Positions 25,052-38,432 are shown, counted from the whole stretch's first letter. The stretch is DNA of 63,888 bases, filler included, from Globobulimina sp. (GCA_003354225.1; 46 parts of 46 records of this genome joined end to end with filler, not necessarily neighbours in it); one strand, 5' to 3'. Program-made: numbers and translations. The notes: generated from the letters alone by a model not told the origin.

Positions 25052-26006
25052 CAAATTGGTCGACATTGTTTGGTGGATCCAATATTCCTTCGAATAAATG
25101 TAAATACCGTCCTCTTTGATCCACTCCAGGTCCTGGTCCAAACAGAGGCCGTACTGATTCCCCCTGAATAAATCCTCTCATCCATTGCTCTGGTTTTGCT
25201 TCCACCTGTTCCCGTTCTCCTCCTTCCACATAGAACCTTGTTAACTGTACACTTGGTGATCTTTGCATATTCGCCAATATTGGGTCACGTAACAGACGAT
25301 GTACCACCGCTGTCCTGGCTTTATCGTCCCGGATTTTACTCAATGATCGACTAACGGTTGTTGCATGGCCCAAACGAAATATTTCTGTCAATTCCTTGAC
25401 CACTTCTTCAAAATTCTCCCAGTTTGGTTGTTCTGTCTGTTCCATTTCCATTGGGACCTCTCCTTCCGCTCCTTGACCAGTATCTACTTGATTTGTATCC
25501 AATCCCTCCAAATTGTTCACACAAATCATCCGAACTGCCAATGATGTTCCTGCCAAGGCATTATACACGAGTCCTCTTTGTACTTCTGGGTTTTCCCATA
25601 ATTGTCTGATTCGGTCCACTGCTTGTTCCGTTGTTTCCAACACAGTTGCTTCTCTACCGTGATCTCTCCATCCGACCTTCTCATTAGGATTCCTCACAAA
25701 TTGTAGTTGTGTTCGACCGCAACGCTGGGTTGGTGTTTGTTGGAATGGTTTCAATTCACTTGTTTCTTTGTTCCATGCAGGCATTCCCATTGGTATTTTC
25801 GCAATGCCACTTCCATACGCATTTGGTTGTTTATGTACTTGGTCCAAAAATGGGTCCAATTGATCACTGAAGTGTTTCGATTTAGGAATTCTTGTACCAG
25901 CGAACTGAATGTCATCTTCAAATTCCTCTTGTGGTCGGGGTTGATTCCATCCCTGACGACTTGACGACTGCTCCTGTCCTCTAGCAGCCATATTATTCAA
26001 ATGCAA
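25052..26006 (-). CDS. Hypothetical protein, 3'-partial (higher GC, possibly a different organism or a mobile element)
   Basis: ORF over 310 aa with composition unlike most contigs. Confidence 0.55.
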
Positions 26007-26621
26007 AAAAGAAATAGTAATAGAACACCACTATCCCGCTACTGCTAAGGAAAATGTTCCAAGACTACAGTCTCTCCGCGTTCCCTTCTCGCCGTGTTCT
26101 TCTTTCTGAAAACAAAAATCATTACGACCATTGCAGTTGGGTAGAACATTAGAACCTTCCAACTCGGCATTACAACTGTTGATTAACAAGAACCATGGGG
26201 CAATGTTGACATAGATGACCATTGAAGCTGGGTTACTATACAATTCGGTACTTCTCCACAAAAACAAAAACACCTCAATAATTTTACTTGTCATGGCATC
26301 ATTATCCTGTACAATTACAAAATTTTACACAAAAGAAAATTANNNNNNNNNNNNNNNNNNNNNNNNNNNNNNNNNNNNNNNNNNNNTTAATTAATTAANN
26401 NNNNNNNNNNNNNNNNNNNNNNNNNNNNNNNNNNNNNNNNNNAGGGAATCCCGCACCCCTTAAATAGAACACACGCCTGGAGACTTTTGAAAAATAGAAA
26501 CCAGTTATTTGATTAGAGACCCTTGTAGGGTGGAAATCTATATATAGCCCCCACCTATAAGACATTTGAAAACAATAAATCCCAGAGATTTGGTTCTATT
26601 CGAGGATATATGTACATATGT

Positions 26622-27733
26622 ACCTCTCTAACAGTTTTATCTGTACTAATATATGTAGTAGATATAGTCGTCTCACACGGCTCAAATTCAAATGTGTACT
26701 GTTGTTTGATAGCTACTTGACAATGTGATTCGAGTCGTTTTGAACGCAGCCGAAAAATAATCTTTCTACCACATGACAAATGTGTATCCTCAAACATACA
26801 TTCAGACCAAGCACCCCACTTTGCGTAACAAGGATCTGTAAGTACAATAAAAATAGTAACATTCTTATCTATCGAGGGGGCAAATGCAAAGACCAATTAA
26901 TGCACGTAAAAACAGTTTGTAGAACGTCGCGTTCCAGCATACAACATAACGTCTGGTGCATGAATTAGTCAGAGCTTTCTTTCTCTGGTCGACCAAAACG
27001 CGAATAGAGGTTAGTAATTTTTCTCAAATAAATAGAGTTTTATTATTATCAGTTTTTCTCTGGCGTTTCTTATTTTTCTTTTTGCCTTTTTTTGTAGATC
27101 GTTTAGTCGTAGTCGTTATAGAACCTATAAATTATCCACTCAGTTATTATCTATTCGCTTTTAGCCTATAAGTAATAGGCAGAATAGGCAGAATACCTTT
27201 TAGCCTATGTACACGTAATACGCAAAATATATTTATACCTTGTGTTATAGGCAGTTGATGCCGTATTACTGGTTCAGGGGTATAAATAAATATCTTCACC
27301 GTTTTTGGTGAAGATGTTGTCAAAAAGTCTATACTTGTTAAAGATGGTGTTGTTGGCTTAGTTGTAGTCTTTTGACTAGTAGTCATAGGTGTGGTCGAAC
27401 TTGTTGTCGTCAATAAAGGAGGAGTATTTGTAATCGTTGTGATCTCATCTTCTGTCGATTCGCATGGGGCTATAGATGGACAGTTAGTTGTAAATGTTGC
27501 ATTTTCATGGCAGAAACACGCACAGTACCCGATCGGTTCGATGTGTAATATTTTCAGTTTCGGATAGGAAATCAAATCATGGGTGAAACAACCCGTATAA
27601 TCCATATTAAGGAACACAATCTTGTTAACATTATAACCAATTGATTGTACAGTACCATTTGTAACAGATCCCCGACATACTCATTTTTTCGATGTATGCA
27701 CACATTGTGCAACAATTATCGGCAAGAAACAGA
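26622..27733 (-). CDS. Secreted multi-exon protein: Cys/LRR-like domain, Thr-rich stalk, TSP1-like domain; in-frame TGA at 27681
   Basis: YPKLKILHI..YCACFC; TTTSSTTP; CYAKWGAWSEC..SCG..RLRS (TSP1 WxxWxxC/RxR). Confidence 0.55.
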
Positions 27734-27996
27734 NNNNNNNNNNNNNNNNNNNNNNNNNNNNNNNNNNNNNNNNNNNNTTAATTAATTAANNNNNNNNNNN
27801 NNNNNNNNNNNNNNNNNNNNNNNNNNNNNNNNNTGTTTTTTGAAATTTGTTTTGTTTTCTTTCATACTTCATATAGTTGACACAGATATTGTTGTTGTAT
27901 TTTTACTTTTTTCTCAGCCTTCTGGAATCCTGAAAAACTTACTGGACTTTAAATGTTTTTTAATTTGGAATAAGAAATCTTTAATAAAAACCTTGA

Positions 27997-28887
27997 ATGT
28001 TGAGCATGGAGCTTTTGCGAAGTCGAGTTATGAATGAACATTATCGGTTGATACAGCAATTAGAAGCGAAATATATGGAGCAAATTGACAAACTATTAAA
28101 GCAAAAAGCTTTGGTACATTTAGCATTACAACAAACTCTTTATACCAAATTATCCGAAATCAATAACACCGCAATATCGTCCCAGCAACAATTACATGTG
28201 GCTGAAAACGCCGGCAATAATATTAATACAAACATATACAAAGACATTAAGGTTCCAAATACCGATAAAGATATTGTTTTGGACTCACGATTAGTTCAGG
28301 TACTGATCAATAATTCCACTTCGAATTCAAAACCAAGCACAACAACAAAAAATAAAGTGTTATTATTAAAATGTAATATTTGCAAAACTACATTTCAAAC
28401 ACAACATAATTATAATTTCCATAAATCCATTCACAAGCTACAAAATTCGATAATTGACAATTTCCCTGAAAATTATATGGATTTTGATAAAAATAAACGA
28501 AATAATAATCCAAAAACAGCTATTAATAATAATAATCCTCATATTAATAATTTTCAATTAAATTTGTCTCAAACAACCACCAATATATCAAACTCACCGC
28601 GTATTAATAATAGAACTAATAATTGCAATAATGGCAATTATCGACGTGGTAATATTGGTAATATTTATAGTTATAATCCCCAAAAAAAAGCCAATATACA
28701 TTTAGATTTTCGATGTAATCAATGTTCGTTTAAAACAACTGATAGAAAATCATTAATAAGACATCTAATGTCGCATAATCAAAATAAGCCATTTCAATGC
28801 AATACTTGTTATAAAAAATTTAACTCATTTCCCGTATTTCAGCAACATTCAAGACAACATCAAAAATTCCCAAATATGCAAAAGTAA
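27997..28887 (+). CDS. C2H2 zinc-finger protein
   Basis: CNIC..H..IH; CNQC..H.MSH-NQNKPFQ-CNTC..H..QH. Confidence 0.9.
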   Translation: MLSMELLRSRVMNEHYRLIQQLEAKYMEQIDKLLKQKALVHLALQQTLYTKLSEINNTAISSQQQLHVAENAGNNINTNIYKDIKVPNTDKDIVLDSRLVQVLINNSTSNSKPSTTTKNKVLLLKCNICKTTFQTQHNYNFHKSIHKLQNSIIDNFPENYMDFDKNKRNNNPKTAINNNNPHINNFQLNLSQTTTNISNSPRINNRTNNCNNGNYRRGNIGNIYSYNPQKKANIHLDFRCNQCSFKTTDRKSLIRHLMSHNQNKPFQCNTCYKKFNSFPVFQQHSRQHQKFPNMQK

Positions 28888-29224
28888 TTTTCTATCGATT
28901 TATTAATAATAATAATAGTGTACAGATGTTATAATCGTATACATTAAATATTTTCCATTTGTCTCCCCTTTAATTTGTTTTACATGGATGGCTATTTAAT
29001 GTATGGATAATTCTGAAATTAGACAAATTTAGTCTGAATTACATATTATAATATGTATTCTGACACATTTTCGATTTATTTTTTTGATTGTAACACATTT
29101 TCTATTTATAACTTTAATTAACAANNNNNNNNNNNNNNNNNNNNNNNNNNNNNNNNNNNNNNNNNNNNTTAATTAATTAANNNNNNNNNNNNNNNNNNNN
29201 NNNNNNNNNNNNNNNNNNNNNNNN

Positions 29225-30515
29225 CAATATACTGGGTATCTGTCGGTATACTGTTATTGTATGGAATGGTGTCGGCGTTGCAAATTTGGTTATACACCAA
29301 ATCCGTTCGTCAAACATTATTTCAATTTTTAGATATCGAGATATTTCATGCATTTATGATAAACTATAAAACCAAACAGAAATCAGAGAGAGACAAAGAT
29401 GAGCCGTGCCAACCACAGAAATGGATATCTGACATGGAGGCGACATTTGAATCAGTTCCGCAGTCTTGGATACAATTAATATATTTGATATCTTCTGGCA
29501 TATTTTTCAACCAATTTGGTGTTGTCCAGCTATCCTTTGTATGGTCAGTATTTGTGGTGGTACTAAGAAACAGCTCTGAGGACAAACGTTTATTTGAGAA
29601 CGCTATGACTGACCGTTTAAAAGCGAGATTAAAGGAAAATAACATTGCAAAAAGCGAATGGAAAACAGTTCCATCCAAATGGTTAATTTGTTTGCCGTTT
29701 AGATTCTGTGATATATTTTGCAGAATTGTTATTTTGTCCATTTCATATGTACTGTTAAAATGGTATATATTTGTCGCGTTGAATGCGGCTGAAATGTTAA
29801 TTTTGATATACATTGCAACCAAAACAAAAAGATGGGATCGATTGAATCATTTTATTCGCACTGAATTGGATGTAAACTTTATAAATTCGCGCATTTTGAT
29901 CAATTCTGTATGGATATTATGGATATCCGTCGCATTAAGTAAAAAACTCACCGCCAATGCATCGGATATCGGCACATTAATATTGGTAATCATTTGCATG
30001 TTATGTGTGTTATTTCTATCAGTTCTGTTTTTTGTCATTTATAAAAAGATGAAATGGTTTACACAAATGAACTTCAGATTTTTTAATGAAGTCGACATAT
30101 TTCATACTTCTCGGCGTGTTTCTGATTTGATCAAATCGCATCACTGGAATGATATTCTTGATTTAATATATTTTGGATTCGATACAACTCCAAATAAGTT
30201 AATGGAGCAACACCCGAATTTGTTGGAACTTATCAGTGAAGGTATAATAATATAATATAATATAATATAATATAATTTATATATAATTCATGATCAAATA
30301 TACAGATTTTCGCACTGGTCAAGCTTTTTTGGGTTATTTGATGGGTGGAATCGAATTAGATATTGCTAAATTTCAGGACATTTGGAATGGCACATTGCAA
30401 GCCTTCGAAAATAAAGATACTGAGTTACAGCAGGAAAACAAAGGAGATTCGAAAAAAATGAAGAAAAAACGCAAAGCATTACATGAAGAATTTGCTAAAA
30501 TTATTGAGTTTTTGA
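29225..30515 (+). CDS. XK-related-like multipass membrane protein, partial, intron 30242-30305
   Basis: EATFESVPQSWIQL motif, FRFCDIFCRI, several TM helices; splice gives SE|DFRTG. Confidence 0.6.
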
Positions 30516-30615
30516 NNNNNNNNNNNNNNNNNNNNNNNNNNNNNNNNNNNNNNNNNNNNTTAATTAATTAANNNNNNNNNNNNNNNNNNNNNNNNNNNNN
30601 NNNNNNNNNNNNNNN

Positions 30616-31906
30616 GATGACACATCATCTCCTTCAGCAAAAGATGATGCACCGGCTCCAATATCAACGGACGCGCACAAACCAGAGGAAAAGACGGCAG
30701 TTGACAATGGTGTCGACATTGAACGTTGGCAAAAAGAGTTAGCAGCGTTAGGTGGCATGGAAGAGAAAGAAGACACAGACAATACACATCTTACCATCCT
30801 TCAAAAGCTAAATAAAAAGAAACAAAGGATGGAGCTACAGAGGAAAATCAAAGAGAAACGAGATTTAGACAGAAAAAACAATGTCGATCAAGCAGCAGAA
30901 AGCCACACAACGACAATGGTTGACAACGTTGGTGAGATTGAGAAGGAAGTCAGAAATGCAGTGAACTCCTCCAACCGAGCTGCGTTAGCACCGGGTTTGG
31001 ATTTTTTCCATCCTGGCATTGAGGACAAGACTGATCAACTTTATTCAGAAGAAATTGTCAAGAAATACAGTGGAGGGAAGGTAATGGAGAAAGACATTCA
31101 AAAATATGTAATGAATAGATTGTTCTCCTCAGTTTGTATACTTTCTATGTTGTTTTGTTTTACTTTGTCATCGTTCACTGGTATCTTCACGCATTTTCAT
31201 ATAAATCATTTTATTACATTTAAACATCATCAATGAGTCAGCGATATGAATTTTCACTATTTTTTACATTTATTACTCTCTTATTTCATTATTAATATAA
31301 CATTATTTCGCATTCAGATATGATTATATATGAGAAATACAAGAAAGAAATTGATGATTTGAACAAAGAGACAACGGGCAATGTAACAAACGCAAAGAAA
31401 ATCTTTGCCAGAATCGCTTTTTATGATTTATGCACCGAAGGTGGTGCCGACATAATGAGTTTATTGAGATATTTTGCATTATGCGGAGAATTGAATTGGA
31501 GCAAATCCCATTTTAACATTGATTCGTGTATTAAAAGCTTCGTCAAATCTGATGACGCGGCGTATAAATTCATTCGAATGGTAAGTGATGCCATCAATAC
31601 ATTATCAGATGAACACAAAAAGCGTGGCACGACAGTGGATTCCATTAAAATCAGCATATATTTATACATTCAAGCATTACAATGGAAGGAGTTTGGCCGT
31701 TTCATTGACAACAATTTACGACAACATTTACGTGGCGAGAATGGTATGAAGGCATTGAATTATTTATTACTACAAAGGAAAAAAGCATTCGTTGCGAGTG
31801 GAGCATCAGCATTAAACGCAGTGAATGGAAGAATCTTCTTCAATACGTGGAAGATGGAGGTAATGGCCAAAGAGCATGAAAATACAGTAGAAACGCGAGG
31901 ATTTGA
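30616..31906 (+). CDS. Hypothetical protein, partial, probable intron about 31108-31317
   Basis: Two long ORFs separated by an AT-rich GTAATG...TTCAG segment. Confidence 0.5.
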
Positions 31907-32006
31907 NNNNNNNNNNNNNNNNNNNNNNNNNNNNNNNNNNNNNNNNNNNNTTAATTAATTAANNNNNNNNNNNNNNNNNNNNNNNNNNNNNNNNNNNNNN
32001 NNNNNN

Positions 32007-32864
32007 AACGACGAAACCAAACAATTAAAAGCCAAAATCGCGTCATCGGAGAAGGAAAATAGAGAGCTACACAATGCAAAAACGGCTAAAAATGTGTCAA
32101 AAGACGACAAAAAAAGCGATAAAGAGTTAAAAGCGAAGGTGAGTGCATTGGAGAAAGAGAATAAAAGTTTGAATAAACAGTTAAATACATCGCGTGCGTC
32201 AGAGACCAAATTAATGGCTAAAATCGTTGCGCAGCAGAATGATTATAACAAATTGCAGAAAGAGTATAAATTGTTGAAGGCCAATAAGGCTACGAAGGGG
32301 AAGGAGGCGGCGCCGGTCATGGCGGAGAAGAAAGAGAGTGTGCCGTCGTATACAAGTATCTCGAAACAGAAATCCAAGTCAAGGGAAGAGGAGAAGGAGA
32401 AGGAGGAGGACGGCGATGGCCATGCCGACAAAGGGAAGCATAAAAAGAAAGGGAGCAAATGGAATTTGTTCAAAAAGGATAAGAAAAAGGTGGAGGAGGA
32501 TGAGAAGGAGAAGGAAGTTAAAAAAGATGAGGGCAAAAATAAAAAGAAGGCGCCGCAGAAAAAAGCACCACCGAAAGGCGGCGGATTTAGGAAAAAGCCG
32601 TCGATGCCAAAGGATGAGGTCAGTGGGCCGCCGCCATCGCCGCCTAAGCCTACAAAGAGCAAAAGTAAAAGCAAGCCGGTGTCGCCCATGAAGAGCAAAA
32701 GTAAGGGTGGTGGTGGTGGTGGCAGTGATGTATGGAACGGTTATGTCCAAAAGTTTGGCTCAGCGCCAACGAGCGCGTCGCAGTTGCAAAATTATAGCAA
32801 GAAGAGTGAATTTGCTGCGTTGAATTTTAAACAAGCGCGTGAAATGTTTAATGCTAATAAATAA
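32007..32864 (+). CDS. Coiled-coil/Lys-rich protein, 5'-partial
   Basis: Heptad-rich N-part, K/E/P-rich middle, small globular C-terminus. Confidence 0.7.
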   Translation, partial: NDETKQLKAKIASSEKENRELHNAKTAKNVSKDDKKSDKELKAKVSALEKENKSLNKQLNTSRASETKLMAKIVAQQNDYNKLQKEYKLLKANKATKGKEAAPVMAEKKESVPSYTSISKQKSKSREEEKEKEEDGDGHADKGKHKKKGSKWNLFKKDKKKVEEDEKEKEVKKDEGKNKKKAPQKKAPPKGGGFRKKPSMPKDEVSGPPPSPPKPTKSKSKSKPVSPMKSKSKGGGGGGSDVWNGYVQKFGSAPTSASQLQNYSKKSEFAALNFKQAREMFNANK

Positions 32865-33945
32865 TTTTGTATATAAATTGTCCAGTATACTCTTTTTCTG
32901 GTGTCCAATGATCAGAGGTTGGTTATTTAAGCAAGTTAGCCAATGCAGTCTACGAAGGAGTACTATTCAGTGTACTGTACTAAAGTAAAAACTTGGCAAT
33001 GTCCAAGCCCGCCTAAATTAAAATCCAAAGCCCCCAGCCTATAATAATTATATCTATATGCGTATATTGAAGCGCCTGTAATGGGTTTCAGAACTGTTGT
33101 TAGAATGCAGTAAACTACTTTGTTAGAATTAGAAATTATAGCTAGTTATTTTACTTTGAAATGAGTGTGAAATTGATATACCAGTGAATATCACACCAAA
33201 CGACAGCCAATTATGCGAATATCAAATCTGACAAACCAAACTATGTTGATATATATAATTCTTCCAAAACTTTTTCTTGTCCCAAATCATCAAAATGNNN
33301 NNNNNNNNNNNNNNNNNNNNNNNNNNNNNNNNNNNNNNNNNTTAATTAATTAANNNNNNNNNNNNNNNNNNNNNNNNNNNNNNNNNNNNNNNNNNNNTGA
33401 ATTTACAGTTTTTACAGATTATTCAAAATAAAAACATTGAAAGTCAAAATTGAATTCTTAAAGGTTGTGTTTCATCGGGAACCATTAACATTTTATTATT
33501 AACCTATTTTCCTTCCTATAAACATGGTTTCAATTGACTACTGCCAATTAAGTTCTGAGCTTAAACAATCAAAAGCATGTCACCTTTACATTCACTTCTA
33601 GCCGAGATTGGATTTTTAAACTACGATAGCGGTTTCTATACGAAACATCTATGCAATATAAGCATATGCTATCTTGGTTTAAAAGCAGTCTCAAAAACAA
33701 CAGGCGATTTTGCAATAAAAATAAAAAAAAACAAAAAATTAAATAGTATATACATGTACAGTTATTATACGTGGTTTGCAGCATCAATCTGCATCATACA
33801 ATGGATAAAATTGGGAAACAAAATGTTTGTTCTTCTTTTTTTTATACTTTTTTCTGACAAAAACATTATATTAATTATATCAGATAGCACATTATATTAA
33901 CGGTACGCCGAGGAATGGGAACAAGAACAATGTGATTAGTTTATA

Positions 33946-34688
33946 TTGCACGGCACAGTGAGAGATAACATATTATTATGTTTGGGCAGTTTGGCCTATA
34001 ACCATGAGAAATATACAAAAGTGATTGAATTCAGTGCCTTGAAACAAGATTTAGCCATTTTGCCAGATAACGATCAGACTGTGATTGGCGAACAAGGCGT
34101 CACTATCTCTGGCGGGCAGAAAATGAGAGTGTCCTTTGCCAGGGCCTTATATCGCTGTGGCGATTCTGATATTTTCTTATTTGACGATCCTTCGAGTTCG
34201 GTGGATATCGATGTGGGACAAATCATGTTCAAAAATGGTATCTGCAAATTATTAAAAAATAAAACTAGAATTATTGTCATGAATTCGCATTTGTTTTATT
34301 TGAAATATTTCGATGAGATCTATGTCATTGACAAGAATGAAGAAACCAATCAAAGACCATTGCGGTAAAAGCTACGTACGATGAATTGTTGAGTAATTAT
34401 CAGCAATTTAAACATTTAATGCCATCGACATTTGACGATAATGATATTATCCATGCAAAGGAGGAAGAAAAGGAGGAAGAAAAAGAGGAAGATGATGAGC
34501 CACCTAAAGCAGAGCAGGAAGCGAAAGAAAATGATTATTTATGCGAAGGACCGGTACCTGGAGTACCTACGCGGCCCTACGATGTCTCGCGTTTATCGGA
34601 TAAGGAGAAATGTAGCACACAAAAAGAGTTCGAGACTGGCACCGTACCCTTTAATGTGTATAAGGAATTCTTTTGGAGCGCCATTCGT
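33946..34688 (+). pseudogene. ABCC/MRP transporter NBD1 and linker fragment with frameshift
   Basis: GTVRDNIL..DLAILP.NDQTVIGEQGVTISGGQKMRVSFARALY..LFDDP; frame change near 34360; ETGTVPFNVYKEF; Walker A not found upstream. Confidence 0.8.
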
Positions 34689-34788
34689 NNNNNNNNNNNN
34701 NNNNNNNNNNNNNNNNNNNNNNNNNNNNNNNNTTAATTAATTAANNNNNNNNNNNNNNNNNNNNNNNNNNNNNNNNNNNNNNNNNNNN

Positions 34789-35993
34789 AAATCATTAAAA
34801 TTTCTTGTTTTTAATACTTTTTGTATCCATAAATCTCTTTTATTTAAAACAAAATTTGGAATTAATCTTTGAAACAATATATTTTTTTCAAACTCAATCA
34901 ATAAATATGACAAATCATTTGGTGCCGAATATTTATTTTTTGTAAATGATAATATTTTATTTTTTCCAATGGTTTGAAACCACTCTCCGACTGCTCCATT
35001 TATTGATGTTTTCTCATATAAATCAGATAATGAATTTAATACTGTTTGTAATTCTGATTCGTGCAATTTTTTAATACGATCATTATATATTATTATATTT
35101 ATAATAAATGCAATCAATAAACCTATCACAGCAATTCCAAGTGACCCATACAATATTATGGCGCCAATGTTATTTTCCACCACATCTTCCACATAGAAAT
35201 ATAACACAACAGAGACATACGCAATAATTAAATAACACATAATTTGAATACAAACAAAGTGTTTTATCGATGAAAAATTATAATAATCACCAATCATTTG
35301 CTTGGAGATGAAAGGATATAAGAAATGCCATAACAACATAATAATTGATAATATGCAGCAAATTAAAAATGCATTTTTTACATTGTCATTTTTTAATATC
35401 ATTAACATTCCACAGATAACAAACAAAGATTGAAAGATTTGTAAACAATGAATAAATGCCAATGGATATTTAATATCTAAATTATCTGTTTTTGAATGTC
35501 TCATTTTGATACTTTTGTATACTAAAATTATTGACGAAGTAAACCAAAAATAAATGATAATTATTAATGATATAATACTGATTGAACCAAAGTTATATGA
35601 ATTATTGGATGATATTACCATGCATTTGGATGCATTGTTTTCGTTATCCGGTATGCATTGAAATAATTTTATCCAATTTATCAATAAAAATATAAAAAAT
35701 ATCTTTGAATAAATCCATGTTGCTTTGATCCAAATGTGTGAGTGAATAAATGTGTCACTCTTTGCAAAATGGAACAATTCCTCAACAACTAAAGGCAATG
35801 AAATGATCACTAACCACAAAAAACCAATTAATAAAAACACAATGCTTAATACCTTAAAAGTTGTCCCATTTATATTCATTAATAACACATATTCAGACAT
35901 TGTGACCATATGTTTAAATATATTATCATTTAGCGGCGCATTAAAAGCTGAATTTGATGAAATACTAAATGTATAAAATAATATTGATACCAT
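34789..35993 (-). CDS. Multipass membrane protein, partial
   Basis: About 400-aa ORF with 7-8 hydrophobic segments. Confidence 0.6.
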
Positions 35994-36321
35994 TTGAAAT
36001 GCATCAAAAAATAAAGCACATATTGTTAATACATTTGGCCATGAAAATCTTACATAACCCGCAGTATATTAAGCATTTGNNNNNNNNNNNNNNNNNNNNN
36101 NNNNNNNNNNNNNNNNNNNNNNNTTAATTAATTAANNNNNNNNNNNNNNNNNNNNNNNNNNNNNNNNNNNNNNNNNNNNAAAAGTAAAGCAATCATAGTG
36201 AAGTGTACATGATTGTTAAGCTGAGCTCAAAACTTAGCATCTCGAAAACCGTCCTAGCGTTCAATATTAGTGACAAGCGAGGTGTGAATATTGCCGTCAG
36301 TGCCCGTCACCAATTGATTAA

Positions 36322-37011
36322 ATGACTTCTGAATACCTAGCAGATAATGATTCGTCAACATTACAGCAAAATATGGCAGCGACTAAAATTCAACAATGGT
36401 GGAGAAAATCTACGATGGTATCAAAATGGAAAGATCCTGTGTTAAATGGAAATATTAAAATATTATTAATCAACACTGAACTCGCAAATCAATATTTAAA
36501 TGAATTGATTTCAGAATATTTTTTATCGGAATTTATTCCGGATTTATTAATTGAAATTCTAAGTAATGAAAATGAGGAATTTTATCAAAAAGATGTTGTA
36601 ACTCAAATAACATGGTCATATTATCAAGAAATTGAGAAAGAAATATGTAATGAGGAAATAATTAATAAAGTGGTGTTGAAAGAAACTCAATTTGTTGTTG
36701 GTGAAAGCATTGGAGAATTAATAAAGCAATATTTAATTGAATGCAAATCAATGCAACTTTATAATGAATTGCTGCCAGATATAATTGAACAAAATGTGAA
36801 GAAAACACTCATTGATTGCATACTGCAAAAGTTTTTGAATAACCTCATACAAAATATAGCAATTGAAGAATATGAAAAACATAAACAACCATTATCTCAA
36901 GAACGAAAAACCAAAGAATTTGATTTTACTGAATCGTGCTTAGTAAAATATTTATTGAATGAAGAGTTATTGAACATATTAATCAATAAACTTCAACACG
37001 ATCACAAATAA
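36322..37011 (+). CDS. IQ-motif protein
   Basis: AATKIQQWWRK. Confidence 0.65.
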   Translation: MTSEYLADNDSSTLQQNMAATKIQQWWRKSTMVSKWKDPVLNGNIKILLINTELANQYLNELISEYFLSEFIPDLLIEILSNENEEFYQKDVVTQITWSYYQEIEKEICNEEIINKVVLKETQFVVGESIGELIKQYLIECKSMQLYNELLPDIIEQNVKKTLIDCILQKFLNNLIQNIAIEEYEKHKQPLSQERKTKEFDFTESCLVKYLLNEELLNILINKLQHDHK

Positions 37012-37140
37012 TAAATGAGTAAAATATTACTTTCAAAACATTCATAGTAAGCACTGTATTTAATTGGCTGAGTCGTTGGACATTTCTTGTGGTTTTCTAA
37101 AAAATAATGACGGCAAGACTTAATAGGATATATTAATAGT

Positions 37141-37383
37141 GTGCTGCAATCAAATGAGACGTCGAATGAAAACCCAACGGTTTATCAGGAGAAGATTGCA
37201 TTTAAAATGTATTTAAATCCAGGACAAGTTAAAGAATATAAACGTAGGCATGATTTAATACCATCTCAATGGCCAAAACTAAAATCATTATTAACAGATT
37301 CAGGAATTCGAGATTATTCAATATTCTTTGATGAAGAAAATAATTTATTATTTGCTTGTTTATGGAGAAAAAAAGATAATTGA
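37141..37383 (+). CDS. rhaM: L-rhamnose mutarotase-like, truncated
   Basis: [43 protein letters not shown]. Confidence 0.8.
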   Translation: MLQSNETSNENPTVYQEKIAFKMYLNPGQVKEYKRRHDLIPSQWPKLKSLLTDSGIRDYSIFFDEENNLLFACLWRKKDN

Positions 37384-37570
37384 CTTTTTAGGCTTAAACT
37401 TCTAAACACTTCTTTTGTGATTGGCAAGGTTTTTGGGTTAGCTAGAGGGGTTTTCAACCTAGTATTCGAANNNNNNNNNNNNNNNNNNNNNNNNNNNNNN
37501 NNNNNNNNNNNNNNTTAATTAATTAANNNNNNNNNNNNNNNNNNNNNNNNNNNNNNNNNNNNNNNNNNNN

Positions 37571-38310
37571 ATACGAAGTGGCAGTATCACCATGCTCTCT
37601 GTTTGCAATATATATACAATTATAGTTATTATAGTGTTGTATTGTATTATTTTGTATAAATACCTGTGTAACAACGTGATTTGAAACAATTTTCGATAAA
37701 ATAAAGTGATCAAAGATATGCCGAGAGCAATATCGATCAGCATATAAATATAAATAGTCCATTCAAAGAGGGCATGATAAGCATAAACTTGATTGAAATC
37801 ATATATTAATTGGCATAAAACTTGAATTAAAAACAATACGCTATAAATGCTCACTGCATAGATTGTAATCGAATGGAGAGTGTTTTTGAACGTTAAATGT
37901 AATCTCAATAACATGTAGATATTGAATACAATTTTATGAATTACTAAGACTGCAATTAATAGAGTTGCAGTCACTTGTTTGTTTATTTTGGGCAAACTGT
38001 CAAATGGCTCAAAATCGCCTATGTTTCATAGTTATACAAGTATAGAAGCACTGGGATGCAATAAACAAATGAAATGACGTAACGTACAAGATTCGGCCCG
38101 AAATAATATCCATGCGAGTGGCACCAAGGTGGACATACTAAAAAAGCCAACAGTAATGTATCGAATTGATTTTCTAATATGAAAGTCATGTCGGTGCGAT
38201 TCGTAATATTTGAAGATTATCATTGGAATAAACAAACAGCCAAACAACACATTGCTAATATCAGTGATGATACTAACCCAACATAATAATGCATTATTAC
38301 CAACGCCCAT
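37571..38310 (-). CDS. 7TM-like membrane protein, 3'-partial, intron 38019-38087
   Basis: GTACGT...ATAG splice joins the ORFs in frame (AES|CDFEP); multiple TM helices. Confidence 0.6.
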
Positions 38311-38432
38311 CGTTGTAAAGTGGTTTTTTTTTTTCGTTGCAAAAAAAGTAGTTTAGTTTAATTTTAAATTTAACTGTTTCATCATCCTTTCCCTTTTTAC
38401 TTTTTTTATTTTATTTTTAATTCCGCACCAAA

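Noticed and set aside
18375-27683. Genome-wide UGA reassignment
   Set aside because: Only two in-frame TGAs, implying different residues; TGA ends genes normally (5263, 14388, 15093) and TGG encodes conserved Trp
30243-30276. (ATAAT)n run
   Set aside because: Ordinary intronic microsatellite
32243-32750. Long antisense and alternate-frame ORFs (also 52967-53476, 57200-57631, 15382-15759)
   Set aside because: Shadows of low-complexity or repetitive coding sequence on the other strand or frame
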